A stretch of DNA of 64,000 bases from contig CAVPSB010000013.1 in the NCBI GenBank assembly GCA_963708025.1, forward strand, positions 1 to 64,000. The letters run 5' to 3'. The stretch is from an uncultured Candidatus Rokubacteria bacterium (GTDB lineage: Bacteria; Methylomirabilota; Methylomirabilia; Rokubacteriales; DASRDR01). The first letter of the stretch is position 1. Each line of letters opens with the position of its first letter. Made by a program: the position numbers and the translations under genes. The notes under the pieces are model-generated. The model did not search any database. It was given only the letters and a program-made list of their open reading frames with translations, and had not been told where the DNA came from. Of this stretch, positions 34,080 through 43,530 are shown in pieces.

Positions 34080-35117
34080 ATCGCGCCCCCTCGTCTCAGC
34101 CCTCTCCCCCGGTGGGGGAGAAAGAGAGTCAGCCCCTCCTCTCCATCCAGGGCCTCCAGGTCGAGTTCGCGACGCCCCGCGGGGTGGCGCGCGTCCTCAC
34201 CGGCGTCGACCTGGAGGTGATCCGCGGCGAGGTGGTCGGGCTCGTCGGCGAATCGGGCTGCGGCAAGAGCGTGACGGCCCTCGCGGTTCTCCGCCTCCTG
34301 CGCCATCCCGGCCGCGTCACCGGCGGGAGCGTCCGCTTCCAGGGCCGGGAGCTCCTGGCGCTGCCGGAGGCGGAGATGCAGCGGGTCCGGGGCCGGGGAA
34401 TCGCGATGATCTTCCAGGCGCCCCGGGAGTCGCTGAACCCCGTCCTCACGGTCGGGCGGCAGCTCGGGCTCCTGCTCGCGCGGCACGACGGGATCGCCGG
34501 CCGAGCGGCGGCCGCGCGGGCCCGCGAGCTCGTCGAGATGGTCGAGCTGCCGGACCCCGCGCGGCGTGCTCCGAGCCTACCCACACGAGCTGTCGGGGGG
34601 GATGTGCCAGCGCGCGATGATCGCGCTCGCCCTCGCCTGCCGCCCCGCGCTCCTCATCGCCGACGAGGCGACCACGGCGCTCGACGTGACGGTCCAGCTC
34701 CAGATCCTCCTCCTGCTGCGGCGGCTGCGGGAGACCCTCGGCCTCGCCCAGCTCCTCATCACCCACAATCTCGGGGTGGTCGCCGAGGCGTGCCAGCGGG
34801 TGGCGGTCATGTACGCCGGCGAGATCGTCGAGACGGCGGCGGCCGGCGAGCTGTTCGCGGCCCCGCGACATCCCTACGCGCGCCGGCTCCTGGCGGCGCG
34901 GCCGCGCATCGGCGCGCCTCCGGAAGGCGATCCGATTCCCGGCAGCGTCCCGGACCCGATCGCCCGGCCCCCGGGCTGCCCGTTCCATCCGCGCTGTCAC
35001 CGCGCGCAGGCCTCCTGCGCCGAGCGCCACCCGGCGCTGGACGCGCTCGGGCCCGGGCGCGCGGTCCGGTGCCACTACCCGGAGCCGCCGGCGGACGGTG
35101 AGCCCGCGCTCCGGTGA
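34076..35117 (+). CDS. ABC ATPase (DppD-like), frameshift at ~34560
   Basis: GESGCGKS, YPHELSGGMCQR, ADEATTALD, GCPFHPRC. Confidence 0.9.
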
Positions 35118-36097
35118 GCCTCCTCGCCGTCCGGGAGCTGTCGAAGCAGTACCGGGTCGCGAGCGGCGCCTTCAGCCGGCGACCGCTCACGGCCGTGGAC
35201 CGCGTCTCGCTCGCGCTCTCGGCGGGGGAGACGCACGGCCTCGTCGGCGAGAGCGGGAGCGGCAAGTCCACGCTCGCCCGCTGCATCCTCCAGCTCGAGC
35301 GGCCGTCGGGGGGGACGGTGACCTTCGACGGCCGCGAGCTGACGGCGCTGGGCGGGCGCGAGCTCCGGGGCGTGCGCCGGCTGCTCCAGATGGTCTTCCA
35401 GGACCCGGCCGCGTCCCTCAACCCCCGGCTCCGGGTCGGCTACACCGTGGCCGAGCCGCTCCGGCTGCACGCGCTCCGGCGGGGTAAGCCGGCGATCCGC
35501 GCTCGGGTCGAGGAGCTGTTCGGCTGGGTCGGCCTCGGCCCCGAGCACATCGACCGCTACCCGCACCAGCTCTCGGGTGGCCAGCAGCAGCGGGTCGCCG
35601 TCGCCCGCGCGCTGGCCTGCGAGCCGCGGTTCGTCGCCCTCGACGAGCCGACCTCGGCGCTCGACGTCTCGGTCCAGGCCGCCCTCCTGGCGCTGCTCCG
35701 TAACGTCCAGGCCCGGCTCGGCCTGGCTTACCTCTTCATCTCGCACGACCTCGCCGTGGTGAGCGCGATGGCGAGCCGGGTCATGGTGATGTACCTGGGG
35801 CAGGTGGTGGAGGCGGGGCCGACCACGGCGCTCCTCGCCGCGCCCCGCCATCCGTACACGCGCGCGCTCATTTCCGCGATCCCCCGCGACACGCCGTGGG
35901 CCGAGCCCGCCCGCCTGCTCGTGGCCGGCGAGCCGGGCTCGGCGCTCGCCCACGCGCCCGGCTGCCGCTTCGCTCCACGCTGCCCGTGGGCGCTCGAGCG
36001 CTGCGCGAGCGAGCCTCAGCCACTCCGTCCGGTCGGCCCCGACCACGCGGCGGCCTGCTGGCGGGTCGCGGCCGGCGACCTGCCCGCCTGGCCGTGA
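35114..36097 (+). CDS. ABC ATPase (DppF-like)
   Basis: GESGSGKST, LSGGQQQR, LDEPTSALD. Confidence 0.93.
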   Translation: MSLLAVRELSKQYRVASGAFSRRPLTAVDRVSLALSAGETHGLVGESGSGKSTLARCILQLERPSGGTVTFDGRELTALGGRELRGVRRLLQMVFQDPAASLNPRLRVGYTVAEPLRLHALRRGKPAIRARVEELFGWVGLGPEHIDRYPHQLSGGQQQRVAVARALACEPRFVALDEPTSALDVSVQAALLALLRNVQARLGLAYLFISHDLAVVSAMASRVMVMYLGQVVEAGPTTALLAAPRHPYTRALISAIPRDTPWAEPARLLVAGEPGSALAHAPGCRFAPRCPWALERCASEPQPLRPVGPDHAAACWRVAAGDLPAWP

Positions 36098-36132
36098 ACG
36101 CGGTGCCTGTCACGACCCCGACCCCCTTCCCT

Positions 36133-36173
36133 CACCCCTACCCTCCCCCCCGGTGGGGGAGAGGGTAGGGGTG
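36133..36173. repeat. REP-like hairpin between convergent genes, possible terminator
   Basis: CACCCCTACCCTCCCCCCC-GGT-GGGGGAGAGGGTAGGGGTG. Confidence 0.65.
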
Positions 36174-36199
36174 GCCGGGGCGATCTCGACTTCCCAGGG

Positions 36200-37005
36200 C
36201 TAGCTGCCGTTCCTGGCCTCTCCCCTCGCCAGCACCAGGTTCGCGCAGGCCAGGCTCCCGGTGAAATCGAGCGTCCCCCTGACGCGGTTCCGTTGCGCCA
36301 CCAGCTGGATGCCGGAGGCGAGGGGCGTGGGGCAGCTCGTCAGGCTGCCGGGAAGCTGCGCCGTCAGCTGGTACACGCCGGGCGCGGTGTTCCGGAAATC
36401 GAACTTCCCGTCGTTGTTCGTCACTCCCTGGGCGGCGACGCCGCCGGCTGAATCCACGAGCCGGACGGTGACACCGGCCCCGTGATCCTGATCCGCCGGT
36501 GGCACGCCGTTGAGCTTCTTCACCTCGCGGGCCAAGATCGTGCCATCGCCGAGCGGCTGGCCCTCCACCTTGACGAGGTCGCCATTCTGGAGGGCGGCGC
36601 AGGTCGTCCCCTCGAACTCGGTGACGCCATTCGCCCGGATGCCCACCCCAGCCACCTGGAACGTGAAGGTCGGGCAGCCGAGGGTCCGGCCGGCGACCAC
36701 TCCCTGGACCTCGCCCTGGGGGCGGCCGCGGGCCCCACCCCGGTCGTTCGCTTGGCGTCGTCCTTCCCCTTGCCGTCGTCGTTCCCCTTGCCGTCGTCCT
36801 TCCCCATGGCCACGCCGCCCTTGCCCTTCTTCTTGTCTGCCGTCACCGCGTCAGCGCTCGGGCTCTCGCTGGCGCTCGTCGAGCCCGTGACCCCGGAGGC
36901 TCCGCGGGAGCCCGAGTCACCACAGCCGGACAGCATCACCATCGCGATCGCGGCCAGGACTCCCACGCCCCACCGCCACGGGGCCCTCCATCCGTGTGCC
37001 CGCAT
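36200..37005 (-). CDS. Lipoprotein with DUF5666-like and carboxypeptidase-regulatory-like domains, frameshift at ~36720
   Basis: Lipobox LSGC; LQNGDLVKVEG...ILAREV; TNNDGKFDF...PGVYQL. Confidence 0.65.
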
Positions 37006-37205
37006 TCCGTGCCTCCTTTTCCCGCGGGCCTCGGCCAGCGCGGGACCGGCGAGCACAGGGAGCAACGAGAGTGCCAGCGACCGGGGAGGCCAAGTACGCG
37101 TGGTGGCGCGGCTCCCGCGTGAGCCCGTCCCGGCCGAGAGGTGAGCGCGGGGGCAAATGAGCGGGGCAGCCGGGCAAACGCCCGCGCGAAGTCGCACCGA
37201 AGCTC

Positions 37206-38186
37206 TCAGAGCGACACGGTCTCGCCGGTCTCGATCGAGCGGTAGGCCGCGAGGACGACCGCCAGGTCCTGGCGGGCCGATTCGGCCGGCAGCGCGGGCG
37301 CCCGGCCGTCGCGCACGGCGCCGACGAACTCGCCGGCCTGAGCGCGCAGCCCGCGACGGTCGCGCAGGAAGACGCGAAGGCGCCTCCGCTCGGGGCCGAG
37401 CACCCGGAGGTAGCGGCCCCGCGCGTCCACCGCCAGCGACCCGGCGGTGCCGCTCGCGATGAGCATCGGGCCGGGCGGCACGCCCGGGGTCGCGATCGAG
37501 GTGGCCAGGACGCCGACGGCGCCGCTCCGGAATCGGACCAGGAGGAACGCGGTGTCCTCACCCTCGACCTCCGTGAAGAGGTTCGACGGGGCCCGGGCGG
37601 TGACCTGGGCGATGGGCCCACCCCAGTCGCGGAGGAGGTGGACGTAGTGCACCCCGCTGTCGATGAGCACGCCGCCGCCCGCGGACTCCCGCGTCCGTCG
37701 CCAGCCCCGGGGGCGCCGGAAGCCACGGGGCGTCGCCACGATCTGGCGGACCTCGCCGATCGCCCCGGCGGCGAGCAGGCGCCGGGCCGCCACGAACGCC
37801 GGCATGAAGTGGAAGTTCTCTCCCACCATGAAGGGGATGCCGGCGGCCCGGGCTTCGGCCAGCATGAGGTCCGCTTCCTCCAGGGTGCGGGCCATCGGCT
37901 TCTCGACGAGGACCGCCTTCCCGTAGCGCGCCGCCAGCCGGACGTTGTCGACGTGGACGTGGTGCGGGGTGCAGAAGAGCAGGGCCTGGACGCGGGCGTC
38001 GGCGGCGGCCTCCTCGTAGGAGCCGAAGGCCGCGATGCCGCCGAAGCGCCGGCGATAGGCCTCGGCGGTCGCCAGGTCACGGCTCGCGAAGGAGACGGCC
38101 ACGCGATCCGGCAGTCCTCGCGCCGCCCGCGCGTGGAAGGCGGCGAAGCGACCGCACCCGGCGATGCAGAGCCCGAACGGCGCCAT
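37206..38186 (-). CDS. Gfo/Idh/MocA oxidoreductase
   Basis: AGCGRFA, CTPHHVH, VLVEKPM, GGGVLIDSGVH. Confidence 0.9.
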   Translation of the reverse strand: MAPFGLCIAGCGRFAAFHARAARGLPDRVAVSFASRDLATAEAYRRRFGGIAAFGSYEEAAADARVQALLFCTPHHVHVDNVRLAARYGKAVLVEKPMARTLEEADLMLAEARAAGIPFMVGENFHFMPAFVAARRLLAAGAIGEVRQIVATPRGFRRPRGWRRTRESAGGGVLIDSGVHYVHLLRDWGGPIAQVTARAPSNLFTEVEGEDTAFLLVRFRSGAVGVLATSIATPGVPPGPMLIASGTAGSLAVDARGRYLRVLGPERRRLRVFLRDRRGLRAQAGEFVGAVRDGRAPALPAESARQDLAVVLAAYRSIETGETVSL

Positions 38187-38205
38187 GCCGGTCCGATCCT
38201 AGATC

Positions 38206-38330
38206 CTTCGGGGGGGTCTCGGAAGACCCCCCCGATGCCCCCCCGTCGTGGCGGCGGCGAAGCCGCCGCTCGGACGCTTTTCGTGGCTCACGTCGCACGG
38301 CACGCGACACAGCATGCTCCGACGAGCTCC
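38206..38330 (+). repeat. Repeat family B, long form
   Basis: Aligns over ~120 nt with the reverse complement of 56735-56858. Confidence 0.85.
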
Positions 38331-38414
38331 TGGCACCGCGCGCGCTTCTCGCGACGCGGCGCGTCGGCTACAATGAGCCCGAGGGTCAACCCGGAGGTCT
38401 CACAAGGAGCCAGC

Positions 38415-39575
38415 ATGCGTAACGTCGCGGTGATCGGGGTGGGCGTCACGAAGTTCGGCCGCCACGCGCGGACCTGCGCGGAGCTGTTCGCCGAGGCCGC
38501 CGTCGAGGCCCTCGGCGACGCCGACATCGGGCCGGAGCGGATCCAGGGCCTCTACGTCGGCAACGTCGTCGGCGAGGCCGGCGAGCGCCAGCTCCACATG
38601 GGCCCGCAGGTCGCCTCCGCCCTCGGGATCCCCGCCGTGGCCGCCACGCGCTTCGAGACGGCGTGCGCGTCGAGCCACGCGGCCTTCCGCCACGCGCTGT
38701 TCGAGATCGCCTCCGGCGCGGCCGACGTCCTCCTGGTCGGCGGGGCCGAGCGCGTCCTCACCATGCCGACCGAGCGCTCCACGGAGGTGTTCGCCTACGC
38801 CTCGGACGCCGTCTTCGAGCAGCCGGCCGGCCTCACGTTCCCCGGGGTCTTCGCGCTGATCGCCCGGGCCCACATGGCGAAGCACGGGACCACCGAGGAG
38901 CAGATGGCCCACGTCGCGGTGAAGAACCACCGCCACGGCGCGCTGAACCCGAAGGCCCAGTTCCAGAAGGAGATCACGCTCGAGCAGGTGCTGACCAGCG
39001 CCCGGGTCGCCGACCCGCTCAAGCTCTACGACTGCTGCCCGTTCTCGGACGGCGCCGCGGCCGTGGTCATCGCGGCCGAGGACGTCGCCCGGCGGACCCG
39101 GAAGCCCGTGTGGGTGCTCGGCTCCGCCCAGGCCGGCGACGCGATGTGCCTGCACGACAAGCCGGACCTGAGCCGGGCGCTCGCCACCGAGCGCGCCGCC
39201 CAGCTCGCGTACCGGCAGGCCGGGCTGGGCCCGCAGGCCGTGGACGTGGTGGAGCTCCACGACTGCTTCACGATCGCCGAGATCGTCGCGACCGAGGGCC
39301 TGGGTCTGGTCGAGCCGGGCGGCGGCGGCATCGCCGCCGAGAAGGGCGAGACGAGCCTCGGCGGCCGGATCCCGGTCAACACCTCCGGGGGACTCAAGGC
39401 CAAGGGCCACCCGATCGGCGCGACCGGCGCGGCCCAGATCGCCGAGATCGCCGCCCAGCTCCGCAACGAGGCCGGCCGGCGGCAGGTCGAGGGAGCCCGG
39501 GTGGGCCTGACCCACACCCTCGGCGGCAACACCGCGACCGTGCTGGTGAGCGTGTTCGGCAAGGAGCCGCGGTGA
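38415..39575 (+). CDS. Thiolase (SCP-x/archaeal-like type)
   Basis: ETACASS, KNHRHG, ELHDCF, KGHPIGATG. Confidence 0.92.
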   Translation: MRNVAVIGVGVTKFGRHARTCAELFAEAAVEALGDADIGPERIQGLYVGNVVGEAGERQLHMGPQVASALGIPAVAATRFETACASSHAAFRHALFEIASGAADVLLVGGAERVLTMPTERSTEVFAYASDAVFEQPAGLTFPGVFALIARAHMAKHGTTEEQMAHVAVKNHRHGALNPKAQFQKEITLEQVLTSARVADPLKLYDCCPFSDGAAAVVIAAEDVARRTRKPVWVLGSAQAGDAMCLHDKPDLSRALATERAAQLAYRQAGLGPQAVDVVELHDCFTIAEIVATEGLGLVEPGGGGIAAEKGETSLGGRIPVNTSGGLKAKGHPIGATGAAQIAEIAAQLRNEAGRRQVEGARVGLTHTLGGNTATVLVSVFGKEPR

Positions 39576-39973
39576 GCGCGACCGCGTCCGCCGCCGGCAC
39601 CCTGACCCTCGGGGAGTTCTTCGAGGGCGTGCGCGCCGGCCAGCTCGTCGTCCAGCGCTGCGGCGGCTGTGGCGAGCTCGCGGTCCCGCCGCGGGCCTTC
39701 TGCCCCGCCTGTCATGGCCGGGAATGGACGCGCCTGACGCTCGGCGGCGAGGGCGAGGTCACCTCCTACACCGTGATCCGCGTCCCACCCGGGCCCCTGG
39801 CCGGCCAGGCCCCGTACGCCATCGTCGTCGTCCGGTTCCCGGAAGGGGTCGCCCTGCTCGGCCGCACCACCGGCATCCCGCTCGAGGCCCTCCGCGTCGG
39901 CCTTCCCGTCCGCTTCGCTCCCCCACCCCCGGCCGCCGATCCGCCCGTCATCACCTTCGCGCCCCGCGCCTAG
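39572..39973 (+). CDS. DUF35 Zn-ribbon/OB-fold protein
   Basis: QRCGGCG...PPRAFCPAC; GTGA overlap with the thiolase. Confidence 0.88.
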   Translation: MSATASAAGTLTLGEFFEGVRAGQLVVQRCGGCGELAVPPRAFCPACHGREWTRLTLGGEGEVTSYTVIRVPPGPLAGQAPYAIVVVRFPEGVALLGRTTGIPLEALRVGLPVRFAPPPPAADPPVITFAPRA

Positions 39974-40476
39974 GGATCTTCGAGGGGGTCTCGGAAGAGC
40001 CCCTGCGCCTCCTTCCCGGAGTTGACGTCAACCGGCGTCCCGGCCTCGTCTCGCGGAACCGGCGCGCCGCGGTGATCGAGCGGTGGATGGGAGGCTTCCA
40101 CTGCCGACCTGGAGAAGTCCGAGCGGTCCCTGACGGCCGCCAGGTACCGCAGGTCGGCCAGCCGGCGCTCCACGATGCGGGTCAGCTCCGCGCGACGGAC
40201 CGGGTCCGCGTCGTAGCAGCACCGCCAGCCGCGGAGGACTTCCGCCGCCTGGCCGAGCGACCGCCACTGGAGGACCAGCCACGGGCCGGTGAGCCCGGCG
40301 CCGCGGAGCCCGGTGATCACCGCGCGCGCGCACTGGCGCGTCTCTTCCAGCCACTTCGAGCGCTCCTCGACGAGCGGGACCATCGTCTGGCGCAGCAGCA
40401 GCGCGATCCGGCCCCGGCGGGACTGGAAGATCGCCACCAGGTCGGGGGGCACCTCCCCTCCGGGCCACCTCGTCAT
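39970..40476 (-). CDS. Hypothetical protein; C-terminus encoded by a partial family-B repeat
   Basis: 168-aa ORF ending GLFRDPLEDP, the antisense of the repeat core at 39978-40003. Confidence 0.5.
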   Translation of the reverse strand: MTRWPGGEVPPDLVAIFQSRRGRIALLLRQTMVPLVEERSKWLEETRQCARAVITGLRGAGLTGPWLVLQWRSLGQAAEVLRGWRCCYDADPVRRAELTRIVERRLADLRYLAAVRDRSDFSRSAVEASHPPLDHRGAPVPRDEAGTPVDVNSGKEAQGLFRDPLEDP

Positions 40477-40493
40477 CGGCCGTCTCCTCCATC

Positions 40494-40575
40494 GGGACCT
40501 CCCTCCTACCCCCCCAACCCCCCTCCCCCACCCACCGGGGGGAGGGGGGAGTCGGAGGACCCATTCGCTCTCAGT
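40494..40575 (-). repeat. Repeat family C, no module
   Basis: GGGACCTCCC...CCCCCTCCCCC...GGGGGGAGGGGGGAGTCGGAGGACCCATT. Confidence 0.8.
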
Positions 40576-40762
40576 GCTGGGCTCGATGAGTGCTGGCGGA
40601 GGCGAGGGTCTGGTAGCTGAGCAGCCCCAGGACGGCGACGACGATCCCCCCGATCAGGACGTCGGCGCGGGCGACCCGGTCGGCCGCGAAGCGCAGCACC
40701 CACGGGGTGACGGCGAGGATGATCCCGACCAGTACCGTGAGAATCGCGAGTACCTTGGTCAT
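40571..40762 (-). CDS. SPW-repeat-like small membrane protein
   Basis: VGIILAVTPWVLRF; GAGGAGG SD. Confidence 0.75.
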   Translation of the reverse strand: MTKVLAILTVLVGIILAVTPWVLRFAADRVARADVLIGGIVVAVLGLLSYQTLASASTHRAQH

Positions 40763-40857
40763 GGCCTGTACCTCCTCGGTCTCGAACGGTAACAGCCCAG
40801 GATGAGGGGTCGATGAGACCGAGATGAGAAGTCTCTTAGCGCCGAGCCGTCCCCGGC

Positions 40858-40994
40858 TCAGTTCGGGACCTCCCGCCCCCCCGATCCTTCGACGGCCTTC
40901 GGCCTTTGGCCCCCTCCCCCACCGTTCGACGGCCTTCGGCCTTTGGCGAGGGGGAGGGGGGAGTCGGAGGACCTATTGCTTCACACCCTCTCAG
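40858..40994 (-). repeat. Repeat family C, two modules
   Basis: GACGGCCTTCGGCCTTTGGC x2. Confidence 0.88.
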
Positions 40995-41460
40995 TCGAGG
41001 GCCAGGATCCGGGTCGCCAGGCGCCCCCGGTCGAGGCGCAGCAACCCGACGGTCCGGGGCAGCCGGAAGCGGCGCGGCCCGGCGCTGCCCGGGTTGAAGA
41101 GGAGGGTCGGACCGAGCCGCGCCCGGTAGGGCCGGTGGGAGTGGCCGAAGACGACGATGTCCGGCTGGAGGCGCTCGACCAGTCGCTCCTCCTTCCGGCC
41201 GATCTGGTGCAGCTCGCCGAAGATGTGACGCACGAGGACGCGCCGGCCACCGAGCTGCTCGACCCGCTCGACGGGAAAGCGGCGGAAGTGGTCGTTGTTG
41301 CCCTCGACCGCCAGGACCGGGGCGATCGACTCGAGGGCGGAGATCACTTCCAGCGCGCCGATGTCGCCGGCGTGGAGGATCGCGTTGAACACCCCGGAAG
41401 AGGCGCGGGATGGCGGGGTCGAACCGCCCGTGGGTATCGGAGATGACGCCGATCCTGATC
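40991..41460 (-). CDS. Metallophosphoesterase (YfcE/MJ0936 family), frameshift at ~41390; the start lies within the repeat
   Basis: IRIGVISDTHG, HAGDIG, GNND, GHSH, NPGSAG. Confidence 0.88.
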
Positions 41461-41585
41461 GGGACCTCCCATCTACCCGACCCTTTGACGGCCTTCGGCC
41501 TTTGGCCCCCCTCCCCCATCGTTGGACGGCCTTCGGCCTTTGGCGGGGGGGGGGCCGGAGGGACCCGATTGCTCCACATGCTCCC
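41461..41585 (-). repeat. Repeat family C, two modules
   Basis: GACGGCCTTCGGCCTTTGGC x2. Confidence 0.88.
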
Positions 41586-41595
41586 GGCCCGGGGC

Positions 41596-43380
41596 CTACT
41601 CGCGCCCGCCCGGGCCCCGGTCGTAGGTCCACGTGACCGGGCCGCGCTCGGCCCGGCCGGCCTCGCGCCGGGCCTTGGTCGCGACGGCGTTGACCTCTCG
41701 CCCCGAGGCGTCCAGCACGACGCCGTAGTCCCGGAGGGCCGCCTCGACCGACACCTTGCCGTCCAGCACGTCGGCCAGCACGAGCGCCTCGTCGCGGTCG
41801 AGCGGGTCTCCGTGGCCGGCGCCGCCGGCGAGCCGGACGTGGAGCGTGTCGCCGGGCCGAAGCGTCAGCATCCGCTTGCCCGGCACCGTCTCCCGCATCC
41901 CGTCGGCGCGCTCGACCACCGCCTCGCCCCCCGCCGCCGGCAGGCCGCCGAAGAGGCCCCACGGCCGCGTGTAGAAGCGCTCGCCGCGGTGCGAGACCGT
42001 GAGGTCGGTCGAGACCGCGTGGAAGGCCTTCTCGAGCCCCAGGCCCCCGCGCCGGCGCCCGGCCCCGCCCGAGTCCCGGCGGGTCCGGCAGTAGGGGATC
42101 CGGATCGGAAAGTTCATCTCCAGCGCTTCGACCGGGATGTTCATGCAGTTGGTGACGTCGGTCTCGACGGCGTCGAGCCCGTCCTTCCGCGGCCGCGCCC
42201 CCATGCCCCCGGCGGCCAGCTCGGCCGCGACGAACGGCCGGCCGGTCTCGGGCCGCGTCCCCCCGATCGCCATGACGAGCAGCGTGCCCGAGCTCGCCGC
42301 CGGCACCTTCTCGGGCAGCGCCCGGACGAACGCGCCGAGCAGCGCGTCCGCGATGCGCTTGACGGTCGCCGTCCGGCCGCTCACCGGCGCCGGCGGGCGC
42401 GGGTTCACGAGACTGCCCTCGGGCAGCACGACCGAGATGGGGCGGAAGCAGCCCGCGTTGTTGGGGATCTCGGGATCGGTGATCGCGCGGATCACGTAGT
42501 ACACGGCCGAGAGCGTGGACGAGGGCACCGAGTTGAAGGGACCGCGCACCTGGGGGCTGGTGCCGGTGAAATCGAAGGTCAGCTCGGAGCCGCGGACGGT
42601 CACCGCCACCCGGATCTCGACCCGCCGGTCCAGGTCGATGCCGTCGTTGTCCATCTGGTCCGCGAAGCGATAGGTGCCGTCGGGGATCGCCGCGATCTGC
42701 CGGCGGGTCATGGTCTCGGCGCGCGCGAACAGCTCCTCGATCGCGGCCAGCACGGTCGCCACGCCGTGGCGGCCGAACAGCTCCCGCATCCGGGCCGCCC
42801 CCAGGCGCCCGGCGGCGATCTGGGCCATGAGGTCGCCGACGACCACGTCGGGGATGCGGACGTTGCGGCGGATGAAGGCGAGCACCGTCGGGTCGGGCTC
42901 GCCCTCGCGCAGCAGGCGGCACGGCGGGATGATGAGCCCTTCCTGGTAGATCTCGGTGGCGTCGGTCGGGATGCTGCCCGGGGTCTTCCCTCCCACGTCC
43001 TGGTGGTGGCACATCGTGGTGGCCAGCGCGACCGTCCGCCCCTCCCACCGGATGGGGACGACGACGACCCAGTCCGGCAGGTGCGTCCCGCCGTCGTAGG
43101 GGTCGTTGAGCAGGAAGGCGTCCCCCTCCCGCATGGACTCCGGCGGGAACGCCTCGATCATGCGCTTCACCGCGAAGATCAGCGAGCCGAGGTGGATCGG
43201 GATCCCGGTCCCCTGGGCGATCGTCTCGCCGCGCGCGTCGAAGAGCGCGGAGGAGGCGTCGAGCCCTTCCTTCACGATCGGGGAGTAGGCGCTCCTGAGG
43301 ATCGTGATCTCCATCTCGTCGGCGATGGCGTCGAACCGGTTCCGGAGCACTTCCAGGAGGATGGGATCGGCGAAGGCCAT
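41596..43380 (-). CDS. Hydantoinase B/oxoprolinase subunit, in frame with the upstream subunit A
   Basis: MAFADPILLEVLRN, NDPYDGGTHLPD, HHQDVGG, AGGAGHGDP. Confidence 0.92.
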   Translation of the reverse strand: MAFADPILLEVLRNRFDAIADEMEITILRSAYSPIVKEGLDASSALFDARGETIAQGTGIPIHLGSLIFAVKRMIEAFPPESMREGDAFLLNDPYDGGTHLPDWVVVVPIRWEGRTVALATTMCHHQDVGGKTPGSIPTDATEIYQEGLIIPPCRLLREGEPDPTVLAFIRRNVRIPDVVVGDLMAQIAAGRLGAARMRELFGRHGVATVLAAIEELFARAETMTRRQIAAIPDGTYRFADQMDNDGIDLDRRVEIRVAVTVRGSELTFDFTGTSPQVRGPFNSVPSSTLSAVYYVIRAITDPEIPNNAGCFRPISVVLPEGSLVNPRPPAPVSGRTATVKRIADALLGAFVRALPEKVPAASSGTLLVMAIGGTRPETGRPFVAAELAAGGMGARPRKDGLDAVETDVTNCMNIPVEALEMNFPIRIPYCRTRRDSGGAGRRRGGLGLEKAFHAVSTDLTVSHRGERFYTRPWGLFGGLPAAGGEAVVERADGMRETVPGKRMLTLRPGDTLHVRLAGGAGHGDPLDRDEALVLADVLDGKVSVEAALRDYGVVLDASGREVNAVATKARREAGRAERGPVTWTYDRGPGGRE

Positions 43381-43530
43381 GGTCAGTTTGGGACCTCCCG
43401 CCCACCCGATCCTTCGGACGGCCTTCGGCCTTTGGCGACGGCCTTCGGCCTTTGGCCCCCCTCCCCCACCGTTCGACGGCCTTCGGCCTTTGGCGGGGAG
43501 GGGGGAGCCGGAGGACTCGATTCCTTCCGT
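43381..43530 (-). repeat. Repeat family C, three modules, forming an open in-frame linker
   Basis: GACGGCCTTCGGCCTTTGGC x3; no stop codon in the HyuA/B frame. Confidence 0.88.

Noticed and set aside
37150-37205. GGCAAA motifs as a c-di-GMP riboswitch
   Set aside because: The rest of the consensus is absent and the strand is wrong for the adjacent gene.
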